Under the pieces are notes generated by a model. It was not told where the DNA came from. It did no database searches and saw only the letters and a program-made list of their open reading frames with translations. A DNA stretch of 62,988 bases, counting the filler, from Octopus bimaculoides (taxonomy: Eukaryota): the NCBI RefSeq assembly GCF_001194135.2. It is 6 parts of 6 records of this genome, joined end to end, with 100 filler letters (N's around TTAATTAATTAA, not from the genome) between each part and the next. Parts side by side here need not be neighbours in the genome. Positions count along the whole stretch, not along the records: positions 31,283 to 52,622 come from NC_068984.1; positions 52,723 to 58,773 come from NC_068996.1; positions 58,874 to 60,909 come from NC_068988.1; positions 61,010 to 62,988 come from NC_068992.1; 2 more parts are not named here. One strand, written 5' to 3'. Positions 52,165 through 62,988 of this stretch are shown one piece after another. The position numbers were made by a program, and so were the translations under genes. The stretch's first letter is position 1. Each line of letters starts with the position of its first letter.

Positions 52165-52417
52165 AGACTCTAAGTGGTTGCTTTTGGCGAGATTTAATGC
52201 AGATTCTCTGCTCAACTTTCTGTCATGTTCAATGTGACAATCACACACTACACAGGTTCCTTTCGAGCACTGCTGTAAACAGCGGAAGTAAGCTAGAACG
52301 TTAAAACTTAGTGCATATGCACAGGAGAGTTTCAGGTCGATCTGTGTCAAGTAGCTTTACCCTGCGTGCTTTAGCTTTGTTACTATGGCAACAGTCCGGA
52401 TACTTATTGATCAGACC
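52165..52417 (-). mobile_element. Mariner 5' fragment (TIR, leader and frameshifted MTEKVEQRICIK start)
   Basis: GGTCTGATCAATAAGTATCCGGACTG terminus next to (TA)n; EQRICIK is a mariner helix-turn-helix start. Confidence 0.65.
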
Positions 52418-52442
52418 ATATATATATATATATAATATATAT

Positions 52443-52622
52443 ATCATCATCATCATCATCATCGTTTAACGTCCGCTTTCCATGCTAGCATGGGTTGGAC
52501 GATTTGACTGAGGACTGGTGAAACCGGATGGCAACACCAGGCTCCAATCTAATTTGGCAGAGTTTCTACAGCTGGATGCCCTTCCTAACGCCAACCACTC
52601 AGAGAGTGTAGTGGGTGCTTTT
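52443..52622 (-). mobile_element. RTE 3' tail copy (minus strand), cut by a gap
   Basis: Near-identical to the reverse complement of 46560-46740. Confidence 0.85.
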
Positions 52623-52722
52623 NNNNNNNNNNNNNNNNNNNNNNNNNNNNNNNNNNNNNNNNNNNNTTAATTAATTAANNNNNNNNNNNNNNNNNNNNNN
52701 NNNNNNNNNNNNNNNNNNNNNN

Positions 52723-52761
<39 letters not shown>

Positions 52762-53599
52762 CATCTATCTATCTATCTATATATACACACACACACACAT
52801 GTATACAGCATAAAGCCAACTCCCTCAATACTACATGCCCTAATTCACAGCTGAGGGGGTCTTTTCTTGCAAATTACATGGTGACTTCACCAGTGCTGGT
52901 CCTACATACAAAGAACCCAGTACACTCTGTAAAAGGATTAGGGTCAGGAAAGGTATTCAGTTTCAGATACTATACCAAGGAAGACATTGGAGCCTGGTAC
53001 AGTTTTCTGGCTTGTCAGCCCCTGTCAAGTTGCCTGGCCCATACAAATATGGAAGTCATATGAAACGATGATGACAGCTACAACATTTTTAACATCCAGA
53101 TTTTGCATGGGTCACGAAGGCAAATTTTCTATGCTTGGATGATCTACTTGTTGCCAAATTCTTCACCTATTTCCAAGCAAAATAATATTTTCCCATGCTT
53201 TACACAGAAGACTAGAAATGAATAGGATTCCTTGTTTTATTGTGACATTTGTTTAAAAGTGTCATGTCAAAGCAAAGAGACACACACGCACACACACGCA
53301 CACACACACACACACAAATGCATACATCATCATAATCATCATCATCATAATCATCATTTAATGTCTGTTGTTCAGGCTGACATGGGTTAGATGGTTTAAC
53401 AAGGGCTGACAAGCTGAGGGGCTGCACCGAGCTCCATTCTGATTTGGCATAGTTTCTACAGCAGGGTTAGAGTTCCTAAAAAACCAACCACTCCAAGAGT
53501 ATAATGGGTAATTTTATATGTGCCATTTACATAACACTAGCATCAACCTCATTGCCTAGATGAGGCTCATATGCACACACACATATATATGTTCTTTTA

Positions 53600-54108
53600 T
53601 TCTTTTACTTGCTTCAGTAATTTGACTGTGGCCATGCTGGAGCACTGCTTTGAAGGGTTTTAGTCAGGCGAATCAACCCCAGGTCTTCTTTTTTAAGCCA
53701 ACCACTTATTCTACTGTCTCTTCTGCCAAACTGGTAAGTTACAGGGATGTAAACACACAAACACCAGTTGTCAAGCAGTGGTGGAGGGATAAACACAAAC
53801 ACACACACACACGTGCACGCATGCACATGCACACACATATACATACATTCATATATATATATATATACACACACACACATATACATGAACATATATATAT
53901 ATGTATGTATGTATACATAGATATGTATGTATGCATATATGATGGGCCTCTTTCAGTTTCTATCTGCCTGCCAAATCCACTCACAAGTCTTTGGTTAGCC
54001 TGAAACTATAGTAGAAGACACTTACCCAAAGAGCCAATCAGTTGGATTGAACCTTGAACCATGTGGTTGGGAAGCAACCTTCTTACTACACAGCCATGCC
54101 TGTGCCTG
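53600..54108 (-). mobile_element. SINE family A with expanded internal microsatellite
   Basis: Head at 54108, tail at 53600, (CA)/(TA) expansion inside. Confidence 0.8.
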
Positions 54109-54392
54109 TATAAACGTGTGTATATCTATGTATATATATATATATATATACATAGATCAAACTATTTTGATCCATACATGTAACTCAAATTAAGTTGTGT
54201 TGAGTGCCCTTCTTTTGTTTTTTCTCTATCTGTTTTTCTTCATTCTCTCTCCTTTTTTTTCCACTCAATCCTTTCTGTTAAAGAGCATAGGCTCAAAACG
54301 TCAAAGTCTTTTCCATTCTTCTTGAGTGTCAAATTAATACACCTGCTTGTTGTTCCTTCACCTGAAGTCATCTTTTCTTTTCTGTAAATTTG

Positions 54393-54447
<55 letters not shown>

Positions 54448-54469
54448 AGTAAAAGATAATATATATTGT

Positions 54470-54997
54470 CTATTATTTGTTTCAGTCATTGGACTTTGGC
54501 CATCCTACGGCACAGCTTTGAAGGATTTTAGTTGAACAATTGAACCCCAGAACTTAATTTTTTCTTTTAGCATAGTACTTATTCTCTTGGTCTTTTATGT
54601 CAAACTGCTAACACAAACACAAAGATGCACATGCACACACACACACACATGACAGGCTTGTTTCAGTTTCCATCTACCAAATCCAAATAAAAGGCTTTAG
54701 TCAGCCCAAGGCTATAGCTGGAGACATTTTCCATTGGTGTCACACAGTGGGACTGAACCTGGATGCATGTGATTAGGAAGTAAACTTCTTAGCACATGGC
54801 CACATGTGCACCTATATATGTACATGTGTGTATACACGCAGGAGTGGCTGTGTGCTAGGTGGCTTGCTTACCAACTATATGGTTCCGGGTTCAGTCCTAC
54901 TGCGTGGCACCTTGGGCAAATGTCTTCTACTATAGCCTTGGGCCAACCAAAGCCTTGTGAGTGGATTTGGTAGATGGAAACTGAAAGAAGCCCATTG
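54470..54997. mobile_element. Two family A SINEs head-to-head (54470-54825 minus; 54838-54997 plus)
   Basis: The plus copy has TGGCTGTGTGC (A box) and GGGTTCAGTCC (B box); the minus copy mirrors it. Confidence 0.8.
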
Positions 54998-55452
54998 TAT
55001 AATTGTACATAGGGTAAATGTGTTCGAAAGTTATGGTTTCTTTGATATGTTTGTTCCCAAACAACCCTTATTCTAGTGCTTTTGACACTTCCAGATTGAA
55101 TAGGACTGCCCAGGTGTCAAAATAATCATAATGATATCTGTGGGGCAGCTGATGATGAAGGTATGTTGGATTGTTGGTATGGCTGTTTTTGTATATGTGG
55201 AATAATATTATAACACATCCTTTTGATATATATATATACCAGAGTAAGCACATAAATGGGAAACAAGGTAAGAAAAAAAAACACTCAAATACCAGAGGTA
55301 GAGTTACAAGCTTCATTAAAAAGCAGCAAAAATATTACAGAAACTATTACTCAGAGTTTCATATTCCCATTTGTTAGGAAAACTGTCCGACAAATGGGAA
55401 CATGAAATTCTGAGTAACAGTTTTTATGATATTTTTGCTGCTTTTTAATAAA

Positions 55453-55497
<45 letters not shown>

Positions 55498-55571
55498 TAT
55501 ATATACATGTATATGTGTGTGTGTGTGTGTGTGTATATATGTGTGTGCGTATATATATATATGTGTGTGTG

Positions 55572-55627
<56 letters not shown>

Positions 55628-55741
55628 TGTATATATGCACACATATATGTGTATGTGTTTGTGTGATTAGCTACATATAATTTTTGTTTACCAAATTTCC
55701 TCAAAATTGCTGGCCTTATGCTAAAATTGGAACTTTCTCCG

Positions 55742-55850
55742 GAGCCTGGTGTTGCCATCCGGTTTCACCAGTCCTCAGTCAAATCGTCCAACCCATGCTA
55801 GCATGGAAAGCGGACGTTAAACGATGATGATGATGATGATGATGATGACT
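55742..55850 (+). mobile_element. RTE 3' tail copy
   Basis: Near-exact consensus tail. Confidence 0.8.
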
Positions 55851-56389
55851 ATTACTACTACTGCTGCTGTTGTTGTTGCTGCTACTGCTGTTGCTACAAC
55901 CATCACCACTGGCCCCACCACCACCACCACCATTATTATTACTATCTTTAACATTAATACTATTAAAATTCATAGAATTTTTTTACCCTCCTTAAAACTG
56001 TTATAAACCCAAGTCCAGAACTGATCTGTCTATTCCACTATTAAATCTTAAATTCTCTTCATATTTTGTATACATACCTCTTCGTCCATTACACTTAAAC
56101 AGAATATACTGCATACCATATGTATTAAAATTGATTACATTCCTAACAATTATCCCCCCACCCCACCGCCCCATGACCATCATCCCCACTGCCCTCACCT
56201 CTTGACTCTACATACTAAGTCATATCTCAGTTTAATCCTAATCTAGCATTCATTTTCTGATCACCATCTCCCTCACCTTTTATCCACTAGAGTTTCCGTT
56301 CAACCTAATAATTTTTGTTACCATCAGAATTGTCGTCATAATCGTCCTCATTATTGTCATCATCTTCAGCAATGGCATTACCACCATCA

Positions 56390-56712
56390 TCGTTATTGGT
56401 CACCAGATTGGTGTTGTGGAGGGAGTATGCAAAAGCTAGATTTTTTTTTCTTGCAAAATGCATGGTGACACACTTGCCCACAGCCACCTTGAGTTGCAGT
56501 TGGTAATCCATTGCTGCATTCTGTCCAAGGCTGATTGCAGAAGAGATCTATAGTATATAGGACGTGTTCTGTTTATCTCAAGATATGCTTGATGTCATCT
56601 GCATATTTCAATACTGAAACATTCTTCAAGTTTGCAGCTATGTCATTAATATATGCAACAAACGACAGGGGTCCAAGAATGGATCATTGTGGTACTCTAG
56701 ATGTCATCTCAT
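56390..56712 (-). mobile_element. CR1/L2-like LINE RT fragment
   Basis: SRVPQ*SILGPLSFVAYIND...LKYADDIK, KCVTMHF. Confidence 0.8.
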
Positions 56713-57544
56713 AGGGTGCAGTGTGCTGTGCTAGAACTGTAACTACCTCCTTTTGACCAAACCTGTGTGTTCTACCCACACAAAACAAGAGAACTTTTCA
56801 CACACCCTACCCAAACAAACTAGACTACATCTCTTCTCTTCTTCACATTTCCTCCTTCATACACTATGCCTACCTCTCACTCCCCAATTCTTCCCTCACG
56901 CTATCCAGTAGCCCCTCACCATTCTATAAATATCCAGGTTTTCACCCCTCACCTCCCACTCCCCTTCCACACTCTCTAATCACACTTCTTTCATAATATC
57001 CTGCCACTTGTATTATGGTATTTGAACCATCTATATCTCTCTCTTCCTTTACCCAACTAACCCATTTATATTCTTATCTCCATCTCTTGTGAATATGGTC
57101 AACACTTTGCTACCATCTCTATCCTGCTCTCTTCCACTCTCTCTCTCTCTCTCTCCTTCTCTTGCTCTTCCCTAAGTAGTTCCCACTTCCTGGGTAACCA
57201 TGTATCTCCCTTGCAGCAGTACACCTGTTTCTCTCTTCATTCCTGATCCCCCCCTCTCTCTCTCTCTCCACCCGACCGGGTAACCTTGTACTTTCTCTGC
57301 AGCAAGACACCTGTTTCTATCTCTCTGTCACATTATAACCTTTCATCATCTGACACAAGATCACCTCCTTCAATGCCCCCTCCCCTCTCAAAAGATTTTT
57401 TTTGTCTTGCAAGGTACTTGGTAACCCTGTCAGTGCTGGTGCTACTTAAAAAGCGTCCAGTTCACACTGTTAAGTGGTTGGTGTTTGGAAGGGCATCCCG
57501 CTGTGAAATCTTTGTAGAAATTCCATAAGATGTACCCAGTGTAA

Positions 57545-58748
57545 GCTATGGACACATAAGCGGTGCAGCAACATCAAAGGAAGATTAACCAGGAAGATAG
57601 CTTACACGTGCAGCAGATGCACAAGGGCAATAAACGCCACAGATGCTCAGAAAACAGACTCCATCATATGCCAGGGGGAGAAACTAGAAGTAGTTGATAG
57701 CTTCCGCTACCAAGGCGACCAAGTCTGTAGTGGGGGGTGGATGCTCAGAGAGTGTTACCACTAGAATAAGAATAGCCTGGGCAAAGTTTAGAAACCTCCT
57801 ACCGCTACTGGTGACAAACAGCCTCTCGCTCAGAGTGAAAGGTAGATTGTATGATGCATGTGTGTGAACTGCCATGCTTCACGGCAGTGAAACATGGGCT
57901 GTGACTGCTGAAGACATGCGTAGGCTCGAAAGAAATGAAGCTAGTATGATCCACTGGATGTGTAATGTCAGTGTGCACACATGACTGAGTGTAAGCGCCC
58001 TGAGAGAAATGTTAGACATAAGAAGCATCAGATGTGGAGTGCAAGAGAGACGTTTTCATTGGTATGGTCATGTACTGCGGATAGACGAGAAGAACTGTGT
58101 GAAGAAGTGCCACTCCTAAACAGTGGAAGGAATCTAGAGTAGAGGGAGACCCAGGTAGACATGGGATGAGGTGGTGAAGCATGACCTTCAAACGTTGGGC
58201 CTCACAGAGGCAATGACAAAAAACCAAGACTTCTGGAAGTATACTGTGACTGAGAAGACCCAGCAAATAAAGTGAGTCCACAGCTGTAACCTACACCAGT
58301 GTCTCATAACCAGCCCACTCAAAAGTACCTTGGATCATAAGGTGACATGCTGTGCTTGAGGAGACCTATTGAGTCAAGTACATCAACATCAACAGTATCA
58401 AAATCAAATCATGGAAATTGTAGTTGTGAGCCCTGTGCTGATAGAATGTAAAAAGCACCATCTGAACACGGCCGATGCCAGTGCCGCTTTAACTGGCTTC
58501 TGTGCTGGTGGCATGTAAAAGTACCATCCGATCGTGGTCGATGCCAGCTCCTCTGGCCCCTTGTGCTGGTGGCACATAAAAAGCACCCATTACACTCTCA
58601 GAGTGGTTGGTGTTAGGAAGGGCATCCAGCTGTAGAAGCACTGCCAGATCAGATTGGAGCCTGGTGCAGCCAGTCCTCAGTCAAATCGTCCAACCCATGC
58701 TAGCATGGAAAGCGGATGTTAAACGATGAAGATGATGATGATGATGAT
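57545..58748 (+). mobile_element. 5'-truncated RTE LINE with Cys-rich segment, 3' UTR and (GAT)n tail
   Basis: WTHKRCSNIKGRL...CSRC, LEVVDSFRY, AWAKFRNLLPLL, MLHGSETW, RFHWYGHVLR, RGRPR; stops present. Confidence 0.9.
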
Positions 58749-58873
58749 ATTATATATATATATATATATATATNNNNNNNNNNNNNNNNNNNNNNNNNNN
58801 NNNNNNNNNNNNNNNNNTTAATTAATTAANNNNNNNNNNNNNNNNNNNNNNNNNNNNNNNNNNNNNNNNNNNN

Positions 58874-58914
<41 letters not shown>

Positions 58915-58935
58915 AACACACAAACACAGGCATAC

Positions 58936-58972
<37 letters not shown>

Positions 58973-59389
58973 TGCATTTATGAAAGGTATGCATTTATTA
59001 TATATATGCATGTGTGTATGTGATTGTGTAAGTATGAGACATTGATGCATTTGCATAAGAAATTCAGCTAATTTCAAAAATTCAAATATGGTAATAAAAT
59101 AAAACAACAATATATAAAGTAAAAAGAAATTAAATATTAGATTAATTTCTCTAAATGTTAATAATGCTTGCAATACCTGACTGTCAGGTATTGTATTATA
59201 CGATAGACAACACACACACGCACACACACCACATATATATTTACTCACATAGATATGTATGTCTATATGAAAAGAGGTACAAAACTTTTAACAAATACGA
59301 TTCAAAAAAATGAACTCTTGCTTTGTTTCTGCATGGTTAATGTCCAACATTAATAATGTGCATGTGTATGTATATATTTGAGTGCTAAC

Positions 59390-61140
<1,751 letters not shown>

Positions 61141-61847
61141 ACGCACGCACAAATATATGGTCTTGAAGCATATATGTATGTGCGCATACATGCATACATT
61201 TATGTATATACAACTGTGTATAAATGTGTGTGTGTTTTGAATAAACATAAACGTATACACATACTGTTGAAACAAATTTTGAAGAAGATTTCATTATTCC
61301 AACTCGATAGAAAACTGGTCCGTCTTGTTCTTGTACTAAAACAAAAAAAAAAAAAGCAATTTTTGTTGCTAATTATAAACTAGCCAAAAACTTTCGGAAT
61401 GTATTACCATATTTTAAGAGCAGAAAATATCGAAATTGTAACAAAATCTGAAAATATTGGCGAAAATTTCGAAATATGATCATGAAAAGAAAAAGATTTC
61501 CAAATTGCATGACACGAAATATCCCTTGTACGAAGTATTCCAATATTTTATTTTGTTTTTTTTGTTGTTTTTTTGTATCTTTGAGGATTTTCAAGGAGGT
61601 TTATTAAAGCTTCTGATATTCTTCTTGGTGGTAGTGGCGGTGGTGGTGGTTGTGGTGATGATGGTGATGGAGGTGGTGGCAGCGGCGGTACTGGTGCTGG
61701 TTGAGATGATGGTGGTAGTGATGGTGATGATGGCGATGACGGTGATGGAGTAGTGGCGGTGGCAGAGGCGGTAGTGGTGGTGCTGGTGGTGTCGGTGGCG
61801 GTGATGATGATGCTGATGCTGGGGGATTGTTGCTGCTGCTGCTTCTG

Positions 61848-61896
<49 letters not shown>

Positions 61897-62585
61897 AGTT
61901 GCTGTTGCATTTAATTCAGATGTTGATGCCGATCTTGTTTTATAATTGTTGTAGTTGTTGTTGCTGTTGTTGTTGTAGATGTTGAGCGTTTTTTTTCCTT
62001 TAGATTTCTTTTTTTTTTTATACATATATTTCGTTTCTATAATTTTTATAATTTTATAATTTCATCGGAATATTTATGAATGACAGAAAAATATTTGAGT
62101 CTTGAAAAGGAGGGGAAAAAACCATTGTTTCGATTCCAACCAAACAGAATTTCTTTAGCTTGCACCTTTTGACCTTCAACAATAGTTTGTTTGCGATGTT
62201 CTGTTTTTGCTTTCCCGGATTTTCATTTGCTCGTTTTTTTTATTCTTTTATTTATCTATTTAATTATTTTGGTCTTTAATTTTGGTCTTAATCACATGGA
62301 GGCGCAATGGGATATACAGATGTTTATCGAGTGGGATTGAAAACCATTTTCGAGGTGTCTTGATTTCAGTTTCCACCCTGAACACTTGAACCTAAGGCAT
62401 TCAGATTTCATCGGTGGAAATAACAGCCAAATCTCCCTCGAATTACATCTAACCGTCTTAGAAAAGAAGATGTTGGAAAATATAATTCCGGATTCCCTGA
62501 ACATAGGGAAAAAGATGGCGCAGTCACGGTTGGAATGCGTTTGATATTCATAGATGTAAATAATTATTATTACTTTTACGATAGT

Positions 62586-62975
62586 AGGCGGCGAGCTGGC
62601 AGAGTCGTTAACAGGCCGGGCGAAATGCTAGTGGTATTTCGTTTACCGCTGTGTTCTGAGCTCAAATTCTGTCGAGGTCGACTTTGCCTTTCAACCTTTC
62701 GGGATTGAATAAATACCAGTTATGCACTGGAGTCAGAGTAATTGACTTAATCCCCTCCCTACAAGCTGCCCTTGTGGAAAAAACTTGAAATCATTATTAC
62801 GTTTAACCATAAAACGGGATGCAGCGAGCTGGCAGAATCGCTAGCGCATCGGACAAAAAGCTTCGTGGCATTTCTCCAACTCTTAACGTTCAAATTTCGC
62901 CGAAGTTGATTTACTTTTTTTATCCTTTCATGGTCGAGCCCTGAGGGCCGATGTAATCGATTAAACGCCTTCCCT
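62586..62975 (+). mobile_element. Two tandem SINE family B copies
   Basis: ggcggcgagctggcagagtcgtta... at 62586 and a degenerate copy at about 62820. Confidence 0.8.
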
Positions 62976-62988
62976 AAAATTACTGACC

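Noticed and set aside
59171-59193. 11-bp palindrome CAATACCTGAC-T-GTCAGGTATTG
   Set aside because: Isolated, with no second copy or functional context; not enough to call.
61591-62025. 144-aa low-complexity ORF as a possible upstream APLF exon
   Set aside because: A mosaic of trinucleotide repeats with no FHA-like content and no suitable splice sites identified.
62292-62530. CpG-containing stretch with AAGATGGCG as a possible promoter or first exon
   Set aside because: It contains a SINE-C-like head (tggaggcgcaatgg) and the aacagccaaatctccct motif shared with other repeats; there is no sensible reading frame.

Overview
AT-rich, microsatellite-dense, gap-ridden animal genomic DNA. The SINE/RTE repeat families and the genes suggest an octopus (coleoid cephalopod) draft scaffold; this is inference from recalled repeat families. 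Two spliced minus-strand genes can be rebuilt by hand, and the ORF track misses both. (1) The 3' part of an APLF-like gene: 4 phase-compatible exons at 51876-51557, 49470-49303, 34820-34732 and 31432-31287, encoding two PBZ zinc fingers and an acidic DEDSEWEP tail. (2) The 5' part of RNF181: exon 1 MASYFDEHDCEP... at 11310-11231 with a GC donor, and a probable exon 2 at 387-337. The rest is transposon-derived: a Buster-type hAT with a perfect 8-bp TSD, Helitrons (one family carrying TTAGGG-like repeats and forming a tandem array), a Ty3/gypsy relic split by a Helitron, three stacked R4/Dong-like LINE fragments at TAA microsatellites, RTE, CR1-like and Penelope fragments, mariner pieces, MITEs and several tRNA-derived SINE families. 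The most notable unannotated signals are the telomere-repeat Helitron, five minimal hammerhead-ribozyme-like motifs, a symmetric exon that could switch APLF between two PBZ fingers and one, and many fold-back structures in APLF introns. No CRISPR array, rRNA or genuine tRNA gene was seen.
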